From NCBI GenBank assembly GCA_013821245.1, contig JACDHC010000001.1, positions 1 to 48,136 on the forward strand: DNA of 48,136 bases, in the 5' to 3' direction. The notes under the pieces were generated by a model, which saw only the letters and a list, made by a program, of their open reading frames with translations, had not been told where the DNA came from and searched no databases. Source of the DNA: Nitrosopumilus sp. (lineage in GTDB: Archaea > Thermoproteota > Nitrososphaeria > Nitrososphaerales > Nitrososphaeraceae). Below, piece after piece: positions 29,779 to 40,346 of the stretch; within the stretch, counting starts at the first letter, position 1, and every line of letters begins with the position of its first letter. A program made the translations under genes and the position numbers.

Positions 29779-30153
29779 TTAATTACCCATTCCTTTAAAT
29801 CCAGCGAATTTTGCTTTTTCAATTGCAGATTTTTTTATATTTGCCGATTTCATGCTCCCCATAGTTAAGCCATTAAAACCAAAACAGACTTTCATTCCAC
29901 CTAATTCGCACAATTCCACTTCTTTAGTATCACCGGGTTCAAATCGTACAGAGGTACCAGCCGGTATATTCAACCTAAAACCAAATGCTTTTTCCCTTGG
30001 AAAATCAAGAGTTTTATTTACCTCAAAGAAATGGGTATGTGAACCAATTTGACATGGTCTATCACCAGTATGTTTTACAGTAACCTTTATTGTTTTTCTG
30101 TTTTCATTACATTTAACATCTTCTTTAGATAAAACATATTCTCCTGGTATCAT
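29779..30153 (-). CDS. ureB: Urease subunit beta
   Basis: [40 protein letters not shown]. Confidence 0.97.
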   Translation of the reverse strand: MIPGEYVLSKEDVKCNENRKTIKVTVKHTGDRPCQIGSHTHFFEVNKTLDFPREKAFGFRLNIPAGTSVRFEPGDTKEVELCELGGMKVCFGFNGLTMGSMKSANIKKSAIEKAKFAGFKGMGN

Positions 30154-30219
30154 TGTGTAACAATACCCCCATTTCTCAAGTTTGAATTATTAATAACTAT
30201 TTTATTCACTTTACATAAC

Positions 30220-30522
30220 CTACTGAACTGGATCGTGCACAGTTACAAGTTTTGTTCCATCTGGAAACGTAGCTTCCACCTGAACAGTATGAATCATTTC
30301 CGATATACCATCCATTACATCCTCTTTTTTTAAAACATTTCTTGCAGACATCATCAACTCTGCCACTGTTTTTCCTTCCCGCGCGCCTTCAGCTACAAAA
30401 TTAGCTATATAGGCTATTGATTCAGGATAATTCAATTTTACTCCTCGTTGTTTTCTTCCTTCTGCAATTTGAGCTGCAGTCCAAATCATCATTTTTTCAA
30501 TCTCTCTAGGGGCTAACATCAT
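30220..30522 (-). CDS. ureA: Urease subunit gamma
   Basis: [35 protein letters not shown]. Confidence 0.97.
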   Translation of the reverse strand: MMLAPREIEKMMIWTAAQIAEGRKQRGVKLNYPESIAYIANFVAEGAREGKTVAELMMSARNVLKKEDVMDGISEMIHTVQVEATFPDGTKLVTVHDPVQ

Positions 30523-30639
30523 TTTTTTTGTTCATACTAAAAAAGGAAAATGAGTTATTTTAAAATTCAAAATAATAATTTATATTTATCATAATGTAAC
30601 AAACGGTTTTCCATTTAGTCGACGTCTACTTAATTGTAT

Positions 30640-31224
30640 TTATTCCCGGTATATTATGATAGGTAAAGACATCTTTAACCAATAAAATATTTTTTTATGA
30701 TCACCATTTTTCTTTGCAGGAATAATAAAGCTATACGAATCTTTTTGAGTATAAACTTTTAGGAAATTATAATTTACTGCCGAGCCTAGCATATTTGTTA
30801 CCCGAGTTTCAACCCCATGATAAAAGACAAGTTTACTGATTTCTTTATAATTGATATAGAAAAGATCATTTGTTAAATTTGATGGCGAAAATCCATTATG
30901 AACAAACGAATCTTTTAATTTTATATCGTCAAGTTTCACCTTGTCAGATAAAAGATAATGCAAAAACGGCCCTAGTCCAGCTACATAACCAATATCCAAA
31001 AGATTTTGTAGATTCCCTTTTTTTGAAATGATAATTCCTTTGTTTGTGAATGTAATCATATAGTTAGAGCGGGTAAACCTATTTTTGATATTACCACTTA
31101 GTCTCAATATAATAGACTCTTTATCGAACTCTTCACATAACTTGTAAAAAGAACGAATTTTTTGAGATTCTGACATTTGGACATTATTCTTTAGCTGTTC
31201 TAAGGATTCGTTAAATTTGGACAT
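30640..31224 (-). CDS. Hypothetical protein, possibly PH-like fold
   Basis: 194-aa ORF between the urea transporter and ureA; ITFTNKGIII..INYKEISKL..FLKVYTQKDSYSF pattern. Confidence 0.7.
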   Translation of the reverse strand: MSKFNESLEQLKNNVQMSESQKIRSFYKLCEEFDKESIILRLSGNIKNRFTRSNYMITFTNKGIIISKKGNLQNLLDIGYVAGLGPFLHYLLSDKVKLDDIKLKDSFVHNGFSPSNLTNDLFYINYKEISKLVFYHGVETRVTNMLGSAVNYNFLKVYTQKDSYSFIIPAKKNGDHKKIFYWLKMSLPIIIYRE

Positions 31225-31363
31225 TTTACAACAAGACTATCATCTTAAAGGAAATAATAAACAATCAAGACAATATCCAAAATTAAAATTCATGTTTAAA
31301 TATATTTTATCTTTAGGGTTTTGCATTTTGTATACTCAATAAAAAAAGCGGTAGAATATGGAT

Positions 31364-32518
31364 TTAGGGCCTAGACCAGCCCAGACCCGCGGGGATATTT
31401 GTGAATCCATAAATTGCAATTAACCATACCCACGCTGTAAATACAAAAGGCCCTGTAAGTGCAGGCAAGCCCCATTGTCCAAAGAAGCGCTGTAGGGCAG
31501 GCATTACCACCACAGAACAGGCTACAGTGGCAAACACAGCCATCAAAAATGATTGCCAAGTTAATGGGACAAAGCTAGTTAATGCAATCATTACAAGTAC
31601 TTGGTTAAATCCATGTAAACCAATTCTGGTTTCCTGTGTCGGTAACTTCATCAATATGGATAAAGCTGCACCCAATGCAGATCCAACTAATGCCATAACT
31701 CCCCCAAGGTACAGTGGCGAATATTCATCCCATTGCGCGGTATATCCATTAGTAAACCAAGGCCTATCTTGGGTACCAGCTATAAATGGAGCTAATTCAA
31801 AAGCCAATGTTAACCCTATAACCCAAAATAAACCAGTTTTCCAGTTCTCTATAAAGGTAACCTGTGATACACCCTTTAGGGTTGCTTTAATGAATTCCTT
31901 TGCGGTCCATTTAAAGTTCTCTACAGTTTCTTGTACTGGGTTGTCAATGTCTTTGTGGGTTTCCTCCCTTACCGCTTTCACGGCTTCAGCTCTTGGTGGT
32001 TCTGGAATTTCAGGCCAGATATCATGCCCATAGCGTTTGCTAGCATACATCATTGCCCAGGTTGTAAAGATAAATGATGATGTGAATCCAGGAATCGCAA
32101 CAGAGTTCAGTACTCCTCCCCTGAGATCAGGGCTAAATATATCACCCATCCAATGGGAAAATGCCATCCAGGCAACGGCAGTAATGGCAGCTCCAAATAT
32201 TGATATGGATAGAGTTGCCCTGTTTGCCTTCACAAAGGGTCCAGACCAGAAAGCCATTCCAGTTAAAATGGAGTTATAACCAAACAGACCAAAAGTCACA
32301 AGACTGTAATCTGCACCTAATACTATAGCTACGCCAGCTCCTACTAAGCCAGCTAATACCATCATCATACCAGCTTTTCGAGAAGCTATCAACACACCCA
32401 CGAGAATTAGAATGCCAGTTACCGGTGAACTGAACAAAGGTACTTCCGAGATGCCATTAAATAATATATAGAAAAAATCAAGGATAGGGTCTCCTGATGA
32501 ATATGTAGGTATTCCCAC
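31364..32518 (-). CDS. Urea transporter, UT/Yut family
   Basis: Two internal repeats (NGISEV..SPVTG..GLFGYN..PGFTSSF / KGVSQV..NWKTG..GLHGFN..PALTGPF); upstream of ureA. Confidence 0.9.
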   Translation of the reverse strand: MGIPTYSSGDPILDFFYILFNGISEVPLFSSPVTGILILVGVLIASRKAGMMMVLAGLVGAGVAIVLGADYSLVTFGLFGYNSILTGMAFWSGPFVKANRATLSISIFGAAITAVAWMAFSHWMGDIFSPDLRGGVLNSVAIPGFTSSFIFTTWAMMYASKRYGHDIWPEIPEPPRAEAVKAVREETHKDIDNPVQETVENFKWTAKEFIKATLKGVSQVTFIENWKTGLFWVIGLTLAFELAPFIAGTQDRPWFTNGYTAQWDEYSPLYLGGVMALVGSALGAALSILMKLPTQETRIGLHGFNQVLVMIALTSFVPLTWQSFLMAVFATVACSVVVMPALQRFFGQWGLPALTGPFVFTAWVWLIAIYGFTNIPAGLGWSRP

Positions 32519-33424
32519 AGTATGTTCTTGTCCTAGTATTGTTTAACAATTTGTAAAAAATTTCAGTTTATTAATAAAAAATCACAAGAAAAGATTTGAA
32601 AATATTTATTATGATGATAAATTTGGTTATATGATTTAGAGATATACCTTTTTTGTAGTATGATAAGGTATGTGTCAACTATTCCAAAGCCTATTATACA
32701 TTCATTAAACTTTTCCTTTTTTATATGATTTTTATTTTAAAGCCATTCTTACAATTCTATTGTAAGCGGCAAATTATTACAAATTAATTGTAAAAACAAT
32801 ATCGGATTTATAACATGTATACTTGGTTAATAGTGAAATATTTTAATAATCTTGAATTAACGCGAAATATCAAGGAAATATTAAAAGTTTGACCATATAC
32901 TGAAGAATGATTTCTTGTTTCATCTTCTAAATAAAATATTGAAGACGACTTCGGAGAAAAGTATTTTCATCATTTAGGAATATTTCATAAAATGAAATTT
33001 GAAATATTCAATTATATCTTAAAAGAGATCCAAATGACAAATACTTCATATCTATTTCATTGCCATATATCCATATTATCTATCCGAATAGAAACAATCC
33101 ATAGGATTGTCTGCGTCAACTACTATCTTTTGTTTAAACAATAATTCTTCAATTCTAATTTCAGTGTTTTATCATTATCATCGGCAATGCTGACCCATTG
33201 TAAAAGGGCATTATACCATTCACACATGAAACCGAAAAATCACTTATGAATTCCATTTGATTTATTTTACAGAACGTTTAAGATATCTTTGATTTACAAT
33301 TAATGATTAATTTAAAAATTAGAAAGGACAGGCAACACTCTTGCAATTACAAAATAAAATAAATACTTATTTATAGGCTTCCATACCACAAATAAAGATA
33401 TAATTATTTCACATTGTTAAATCG

Positions 33425-33985
33425 ATGCTAGATGCCATAGATGAAATAATTCTCTCAGCATTATGCAAAAACTCAAAACAAGATTTAAACGAAACAAGAG
33501 AATATTTAAAAGGCTACGGGTATAATCTGAATCCAGATGAAATAGATACTCGAATAAAAACACTAGAGGATGAAAAAGTGATATCAGCATACACCATCTC
33601 TATTGATACTAACAAAGTTAAACTTAATATAATTAGAGTAGTATTGGTAACATTTAGGTCATCTCAACACCTAACAACCAGGATAAGAGTTTTAGAAAAG
33701 TTTTCAGGTGACGCGCCATTTGTATTGTTTTCAGGTCGGATAAGAGGTGGGTATGACTGGGTTACAATTCTGCTCGCCTCATCAACAGAAAACGCTGATG
33801 AAGAAAGCGATATGTATAGAAATCTATTTGGAGATATTATCCAGAGTTTTGAGGTTTATGACTTTTACCCTACAAAGGGACCCAATTCCAATGCGTTTTC
33901 ATATACCAGTAAAGAATACACAAAGTTTCTGGGTGAATGGTTCCAACAAGCTAAAAACAACGAAATCAACAGAGAAAAGATTTAA
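33425..33985 (+). CDS. Lrp/AsnC family transcriptional regulator
   Basis: LDAIDEIILSAL..RIKTLEDEKVISAYTISID HTH region; RAM domain with GRIRGGYDW. Confidence 0.85.
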   Translation: MLDAIDEIILSALCKNSKQDLNETREYLKGYGYNLNPDEIDTRIKTLEDEKVISAYTISIDTNKVKLNIIRVVLVTFRSSQHLTTRIRVLEKFSGDAPFVLFSGRIRGGYDWVTILLASSTENADEESDMYRNLFGDIIQSFEVYDFYPTKGPNSNAFSYTSKEYTKFLGEWFQQAKNNEINREKI

Positions 33986-34020
33986 ACTTTTAGTCCATTA
34001 ATTAAAGAATGAAATCTCCA

Positions 34021-34911
34021 TTATTTTAAGCATTTTTGAGTTTTAGATATTTTCAAATTTTTGAATCTAATAGTATCGTCTATTAATGAATGAATTTTAA
34101 GTCTCAATTCCATCAAAAAGCTGATTATATCAGTACTTTGTGTGGGCTCAAAAGTTAACTGAACCTCCTCTATTATGCTATCTAGTCTAGCAAGGGTAAT
34201 TTTCAGGGCAAGCGAAGTTTTTTTTGTGATTTTTAATGTTTTTGCACTTTTAAGGTTGAAGATGTCTTGTATCATTTTGTCATCTAAAGCAATTTTTTCT
34301 TTTGAATAGACGGTTTTAACTTCCCTGATTTGTCTTATTGTCAAATCATTTTCTATAATATGATTGGTAAATTGAACAATATTTTCATGTGATAGATTTG
34401 TTAATTCTAATGCCTGGCTAACACTTATCTTATTTAGCATTATTTTTTCTTTAATGTCCTGTGGGAGTTTTAAAAGCTGAATTCTATGTGAAACATATTC
34501 TTCACTCTTGCCGATCTTCTTAGATAATTCTGTAACACCACCCCAACCCAGATCTTGAACGTATTTTCTAAATGCCTCGGCTTCTTCCAAGGCACTCATA
34601 GACTTTCTTTGTATATTTTCTGTGATTTGAATTTCGAAGGCCTGTTTGTCGCTTAATTCTCTTATCTTACTGGGTATATGACGCCAACGAAGGGATTTAC
34701 ACGCATGAAACCTTCGGTGGCCTGCGACTATCTCAAAACTACTTTGATAAGGTCTAATAAGTATTGGTTGGAGCAATCCATGCTCTTTGATACTTGAAGT
34801 AAGAGATTCGAATTCCTGTTGATCACTGAATTTGTCTCTAATAGAAAATTGAGAAGGACGAACCATTTTCATTTCTATATGTTCCACTATACTAGTATCG
34901 AACACATGCAT
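34021..34911 (-). CDS. ParB/Spo0J family protein
   Basis: SIKEHGLLQPILIR, FEIVAGHRRFHA, ENIQRKSMSALEEAEAF, HTH ELSKKIGKSEEYVSHRIQLLKLP. Confidence 0.92.
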   Translation of the reverse strand: MHVFDTSIVEHIEMKMVRPSQFSIRDKFSDQQEFESLTSSIKEHGLLQPILIRPYQSSFEIVAGHRRFHACKSLRWRHIPSKIRELSDKQAFEIQITENIQRKSMSALEEAEAFRKYVQDLGWGGVTELSKKIGKSEEYVSHRIQLLKLPQDIKEKIMLNKISVSQALELTNLSHENIVQFTNHIIENDLTIRQIREVKTVYSKEKIALDDKMIQDIFNLKSAKTLKITKKTSLALKITLARLDSIIEEVQLTFEPTQSTDIISFLMELRLKIHSLIDDTIRFKNLKISKTQKCLK

Positions 34912-35517
34912 GGTATTATTAGATTAACCTAATACTTATATATTTTCATTATAATGTATTTTATTGTTATTAATACAATTCCTTTGGTGTTGTAGTATAT
35001 TTCTTTTTATTTTTAGTAAATTTTTTAATTTATTTATACAATTTATAATAAGATTAATTGGTTTGGACATCATAGCCAATACGAAACAGGTTAAGGAAAA
35101 ATAAATCTGAAAGATGAATCTAAAAATTGCCATATGGGCTAATTATTAATTAACCAACAGCATCAAAATGAATTTTAATAGATTGTTAAATGATACCATA
35201 GTATTTTAATTACATATGCAGAATATTGTAATAGATATTTGCCAAAAGGAATAATACTAATTGATTATTTTCTTTCTGAGTTTTTGTATAACTTGTTGGC
35301 CATTCAAATGCCAATAACATTTATCTTATTTGAAAACATCGGAATGCATTAGTAAAGCCATTTTAATATTTTATCAGCATATGAATAATATTGGTTGTGA
35401 TATTTGAATGTCCAAAAATTGTATTATTGCTGTGTTAAAAGTATTTTACATCTTTTAATCTCTTTAAGTATAAACAACAACAACAAATTGTTCTTGAGAC
35501 AAGGCATTTACCCCATA

Positions 35518-36000
35518 TTATTTGATAACTAGCACAGGGCAATATGAATATACAACTATGTCCGAAGCTACACTGCCAAGTAACATTTTTTTGAGTCCAG
35601 AGTTACCTCTTGTACCAATTACTATCAGATCAACATCTTTTTCTTCGGCATAATTCAAAACTGATGCAGCAATTGAAAATGGTGTAGTTATTACATCAGT
35701 TTTTATTTTTTTATCAATCTCATATGGCTCTTGATGTTGCTTAAGGTATTTGATAATTTCATTGAACCATTTTTCTGCCTCCTTTTTATAACTATCCAGA
35801 TAGGAATGTGAAACCATACCAAATACTCCTGATGAATCACCATGGTGAATCTTAGAGGGAACAATCGATAAAAGAATTAATTCGGAATTGAATTTTACGG
35901 ATATATCTGTTGCATAATTTGCCGCATGGAATGATGATTCCGATCCATCTACTCCCACTAATATTCTAGAAACTTTATCCAACACAAATGGTTTATTCAA
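35518..36000 (-). CDS. Universal stress protein (UspA family)
   Basis: RILVGVDGSESS, DLIVIGTRGNSGLKKMLLGSVAS, CPVLVIK. Confidence 0.93.
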   Translation of the reverse strand: MNKPFVLDKVSRILVGVDGSESSFHAANYATDISVKFNSELILLSIVPSKIHHGDSSGVFGMVSHSYLDSYKKEAEKWFNEIIKYLKQHQEPYEIDKKIKTDVITTPFSIAASVLNYAEEKDVDLIVIGTRGNSGLKKMLLGSVASDIVVYSYCPVLVIK

Positions 36001-36254
36001 TAGTTATAAAAAGTATTTTAATTCACTTATTTACATGAAATTTTAATTAACGATTCACTTTTTTTATTTTTATTATTCACTATATCGATTATTCAAAAGA
36101 ATTTGTTGCACCAAAACAGTGTATACCGATAAATGTTATACCTACAATAAATTGTTTATTTTGAAGCAGTGAAATAAATAAGCAAACCAATATCATTATT
36201 TCATATTTGACAGCTTTTTAAACTAATAAAGTACTATTATTCACACTATGAACA

Positions 36255-36683
36255 ATGGAAAAAATGAGCCAGGAAGAGATTATAGAATTTCTTGTGGAGG
36301 GAACATTTACAGGTAAGGTAAGTACAATAAATAAAGATGGTTCACCCCATATAACTCCAATTTGGTATATATTGGATGAGGATAACTACGTTACCTTTAC
36401 AACATATTCTAAATCGGTGAAAGGAAAGAATTTACTGCGTGACTCAAGAATCAGTTTTTGTGTTGATGATCAGGTGCCTCCTTTTTCTTTCGTTATTATT
36501 GACGGGATTGCAGAAATAATTTCTGAATCAGACAATCTTTTAGTATGGACTACAAAAATCGCGGAAAGATACATGGGAAAGGAATTATCAAATGAGTATG
36601 GGAAAAGAAATGCCTTTGATGGAGAATTACTAATTAAAGTCATTCCAAAAAAAGTTATTGGTCAAAAGGATATATCAGTTTAG
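36255..36683 (+). CDS. PPOX-class (pyridoxamine 5'-phosphate oxidase-like) probable F420-dependent oxidoreductase
   Basis: STINKDGSPHITPIWY, SVKGKNLLRDSRISFCVDD, FVIIDGIAEI. Confidence 0.87.
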   Translation: MEKMSQEEIIEFLVEGTFTGKVSTINKDGSPHITPIWYILDEDNYVTFTTYSKSVKGKNLLRDSRISFCVDDQVPPFSFVIIDGIAEIISESDNLLVWTTKIAERYMGKELSNEYGKRNAFDGELLIKVIPKKVIGQKDISV

Positions 36684-37015
36684 GAATTATCAAATTTATT
36701 GTTTTTTAAGACATAGATATCATTTAAATAAATAAATATTTAGTTCAATGCTTGTATGGATATAGTTATTTTTCATAATTTTGATGGGCTGCTTCTGCTA
36801 TTTTTCCATCACATCAATGACTAATAAACTGTAGATAAAATAACTCTATAAATAATTAATAGGGTTTGGAAAATCAGGGTATCATCCTATTTACTCATTC
36901 TTGGTTATGCCATATTTTTTATGGATTTTATTCATTGAGGTTTTTTAATGCTGATTGAACAAATATAATAAATTCCAATGATTAAATATGCCTTTGATAT
37001 TTTTTAATTTGTAGA

Positions 37016-37645
37016 TTGGATATATTCAATTACTTCATTTCCTTTCCCGAATATTCTTATTTACTTAGTGCATTAGTAATATTTTTACTAAGTGTTATTC
37101 CAATTCTAACTCCTCCTACATGGATGGTAGTAGTAGCTGCTTATATGATAAATCCATCTCTAGATCCTGTTATTCTATCAATCCTAGGTGCTTCTGCAGC
37201 TATTGGTGGACGACTGGTTTTATTTCAATTTAGTTCATTTGGCAGGAAGTTTATTAATGAAACCCGAAAAAGTAGCCTAGATAGATTAAAAAGGTATTTA
37301 GAGAAAACCAAATATGGTTATTTTTTAGGAACTATGATTTTTGCCCTAACTCCTCTTCCTAGTAACATGTTATTCATATCCTACGGTATCATGAAAGCCA
37401 AATCGATTGGCATAATTATAGGGTTTTGGCTTGGTCGGTTTATTGTATATTTAATGATGATTCATGTTTCCAGGTATTTCTTTAACTCCTTTAGTGAGCT
37501 ATTTAAAAATGATATTACCTTTACAATTTTAGTTGATATAGCAGGTATTGCTATGACATTATTTGTAATATTTGTCAATTGGGATATCCTAATATCACAG
37601 CACAAATTGGTTTTTATTAAACCAAAAAACATTTTTTCAAAATAA
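37016..37645 (+). CDS. Membrane protein, DedA/VTT-like
   Basis: Hydrophobic; VIPILTPPTW, GASAAIGGR, FALTPLPSNMLF, FWLGRFI. Confidence 0.75.
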   Translation: MDIFNYFISFPEYSYLLSALVIFLLSVIPILTPPTWMVVVAAYMINPSLDPVILSILGASAAIGGRLVLFQFSSFGRKFINETRKSSLDRLKRYLEKTKYGYFLGTMIFALTPLPSNMLFISYGIMKAKSIGIIIGFWLGRFIVYLMMIHVSRYFFNSFSELFKNDITFTILVDIAGIAMTLFVIFVNWDILISQHKLVFIKPKNIFSK

Positions 37646-37927
37646 CAAATGAAAATTAATTATCAGATACGTTTAAAGAAAGAAAAACATTTCAATAATG
37701 TGTAATAGAGACATAATTTATAATTAAGGGCAAAATTAAGAAATTTTTTTATTGCTATTAATCATCTAAATTAAAATAAACAGTTCATTTAGGATAGTAA
37801 ATTTTTCAATCCAACAGGAAGACACTAAAGTGTATTGTTAATATAGTTACTTGGAAAGTATACATCATATCATCATAATAATTACATAACAGATAAACAA
37901 AAACATAAGAAAGTAATAATCTACATT

Positions 37928-38911
37928 GTGAAAATAAAGGGTTTAATACAAAATAATGTATTCATGGAGTTTTTAGATAAACAGATAAAAAGAATGGGTC
38001 TAAGTATAGAATTTGTAGATTATAAAAAGCCACTTGAGCCACAGCTTGTTGGCGCCAATATCATTGTAAATGGTTTTAATAGCATAAATAAATCAATTTT
38101 AGACTCATGTCCGGAATTGAAATTAGTACAGCAATCCGGAATTGGGGTAGATGGTATTGATGTAAAAGAATGTACAAAAAGAGGAATTTATGTGGCAAAT
38201 GTTCCCATGGCCAATGCAATCTCCGTAGCCGAACACGCCCTATTTCTTATTCTATACCTAGCGAAGAACATTAAAAGCGGGGCAAATAAAGGCGGTAGCC
38301 TTTCAAGCACATCCACTACAAAGACAAAGGGCTCTCCCACTGTAGAGGTACACGGTAAAACCCTTGCAATTATTGGTTTAGGGGTTACAGGAATAGAAGT
38401 AGCAAAGAGAGCAAAAGCATTTGGCATGCAAGTAGACGCAATAACAAAGAATCCTTTTACAAAAACAGAGGGAAGCAACAAAAAATACTTTGTTGATAGT
38501 ATAAACGGCACAGATAAACTTCACGACATATTATCTAAAGCAGACATAGTTTCCATCCATACCCCCCTCAATAATGAAACACAGGACATGATTGGCTCAA
38601 ACGAATTGAAATTGATGAAGGCCTCGGCATATTTGATAAACGTAGCCAGAGCTCACATAGTTAACGAGGATGCGCTTTATTTGGCCTTGACCAATAAGGA
38701 AATAGCTGGGGCTGCATTTGATGTATACTGGAATGAACCTGCAGACCCCAATGATAAGATACTAAAACTTGATAATTTTATTCTAACCCCACACGTTGCG
38801 GGATGGACAACAGAAGCAATTGAGTCGATAACAAAAATAATAGCGATAAACATAGAGAGAGTTGCGCGTGGACAGGTTCCTCTTACCATTGTTAACCAAG
38901 AATTAGTCTAA
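37928..38911 (+). CDS. D-isomer-specific 2-hydroxyacid dehydrogenase (SerA-like, no ACT domain)
   Basis: GIGVDGID, NAISVAEH, GKTLAIIGLGVTG, LINVARA, DVYWNEP, LTPHVAG. Confidence 0.9.
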   Translation: MKIKGLIQNNVFMEFLDKQIKRMGLSIEFVDYKKPLEPQLVGANIIVNGFNSINKSILDSCPELKLVQQSGIGVDGIDVKECTKRGIYVANVPMANAISVAEHALFLILYLAKNIKSGANKGGSLSSTSTTKTKGSPTVEVHGKTLAIIGLGVTGIEVAKRAKAFGMQVDAITKNPFTKTEGSNKKYFVDSINGTDKLHDILSKADIVSIHTPLNNETQDMIGSNELKLMKASAYLINVARAHIVNEDALYLALTNKEIAGAAFDVYWNEPADPNDKILKLDNFILTPHVAGWTTEAIESITKIIAINIERVARGQVPLTIVNQELV

Positions 38912-39013
38912 AAAACATTAGCAGCAAACAACACCATTTGTTTTATCAAGATAGCATTAAGAAATAGAATATTATGCTAGAATCTGGAATATCCATATTG
39001 TGAGATTTGGTTA

Positions 39014-39106
39014 TGGGGCCAGAGGGACTCGAACCCTCGACCGCCAGCGCCCCGGGCTTATACCCACGAATGTGGATGGTATCCTACCAAGCTAGACGAT
39101 AGCCCC
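39014..39106 (-). tRNA. tRNA-Pro (GGG) with a 19-nt non-canonical intron at 29/30 (39076-39058)
   Basis: Spliced sequence GGGGCTA TC GTCT AGCTTGGTA GGAT A CCA|GC CCGGGGC GCTGG CGGTC GAGGG TTCGAGT CCCTC TGGCCCC A. BHB: ATAC CA|T CCAC-ATTC-GTGG GTAT AA|G. Confidence 0.92.
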
Positions 39107-39255
39107 TCCTGTAGTTTTATTAAAAATATAACCTCTTTTAAACTTGTATGTCACAAATCACAATTCAGAAAAAACATTTGAAATATTGTTATGTAAACTT
39201 AAAACTAAAGATACATTTTTATTAATTAATCAAAAGCAATTTAAATATATTATTT

Positions 39256-40251
39256 ATGCTAATTCATGAACTAGATAATATAGACAAACAAATACTAAAT
39301 GACATTCAATGGACATTTCCATTAGTTGATCGACCTTTTTTAGAATTAGTAAATAAATATCATATAACAGAAGAAGAAATAATACAGCGAATACAAAAGT
39401 TAAAAGACATCGGTATAATTAGGCAGATAAGTGCAATATTCGATACCAGAAAACTAGGGTACAAAAGCGCATTGGTAGCCTTCGCAGTTGATAAAAACAA
39501 AATAGATGATGTGGCAAACGAGATAAATAAGCATCCGGGGGTAAGTCACAATTACGAAAGAAATCATGAATATAACATATGGTTTACACTTGCTGTTCCT
39601 CCTGATGGAGACATGAAAGCGGATCTTGACAAAATGGCAGCTTTAGACGGGGTTTTAAAATATCGAGTCCTGCCTACATTAAAAATGTATAAAATTGGTG
39701 TAAAATTGGACATGGTTAATAACGATCCTGAAAAGCCTACACCAAACGATAAAGTTAAAAACTTGGAAACAAAAAGCGAAAAACTAACTGAAAGAGACAG
39801 AGAGTATATAAGGCAATTACAAAAAGACATTGAAATAACAAAAGAGCCTTTCAAATCAATTTCCGAAAATTTGGGAATAACCTCATCAGAACTTTTTGGC
39901 AAAATTAACGAATATGAAGGTATTGGGATAATGAGAAGATTTGCAGCCATACTAAGACACAGGCAAGCAGGCTTCACAGCAAATGGAATGATAGTTTGGA
40001 AAATTCCAGAAGAAGAAAACATAGACGAAAAAGGTATGAAAATTGCGTCATTTCCCCAGGTGAGTCACTGTTATAGACGTCCGGTTTACCCTGATTGGGA
40101 GTTCAATCTTTTTAGTATGATCCACTCACGAACAATAGAAGCCGCTGAAAAAATAGCTAAAGAAATTTCAACAGTAATTGGAATTAAAAATTATCGAATA
40201 TTATTTAGTTCAAGGGAATTTAAAAAAGAACGCGTCAAATACTTTGAGTAA
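39256..40251 (+). CDS. ahbAB: Fused siroheme decarboxylase AhbA-AhbB (NirDL-like)
   Basis: Two tandem Lrp-like halves: IQWTFPLVDRPF..HPGVSHNYERNHEYNIWFT and LRHRQAGFTANGMIVW..VSHCYRRP..WEFNLFSMIH..FSSREFKK. Confidence 0.88.
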   Translation: MLIHELDNIDKQILNDIQWTFPLVDRPFLELVNKYHITEEEIIQRIQKLKDIGIIRQISAIFDTRKLGYKSALVAFAVDKNKIDDVANEINKHPGVSHNYERNHEYNIWFTLAVPPDGDMKADLDKMAALDGVLKYRVLPTLKMYKIGVKLDMVNNDPEKPTPNDKVKNLETKSEKLTERDREYIRQLQKDIEITKEPFKSISENLGITSSELFGKINEYEGIGIMRRFAAILRHRQAGFTANGMIVWKIPEEENIDEKGMKIASFPQVSHCYRRPVYPDWEFNLFSMIHSRTIEAAEKIAKEISTVIGIKNYRILFSSREFKKERVKYFE

Positions 40252-40346
40252 TATATAAAAATTTAATGTTTTTATATCTATACCTGAACTTGACTTTTGG
40301 GCTTTCCATTAGAGGCATTTTTCAATACTCAACAGTATAAAAAACA

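Noticed and set aside
30617-30630. AGTCGACGTCTACT near-palindrome upstream of ureA, sharing GTCGAC with the glnA 3' region
   Set aside because: Short; a few GTCGAC hexamers are expected by chance in 48 kb, and the glnA copies are downstream rather than in a promoter.
26588-32279. Plus-strand ORFs within the chaperonin, ureC, ureB and the urea transporter
   Set aside because: Antisense shadows of conserved genes.
34480-34495. parS-like GTGAAACA inside parB
   Set aside because: Only one half-site matches TGTTTCACGTGAAACA.
34936-35133. 65-aa minus-strand ORF upstream of parB
   Set aside because: AT-rich low-complexity translation that overlaps the probable parB promoter.
39256-40251. Annotation as a double Lrp transcription factor
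   Set aside because: The SHNYER/SHCYRR and HRQAGF..NGM motifs match AhbA/AhbB (NirDL) siroheme decarboxylase.
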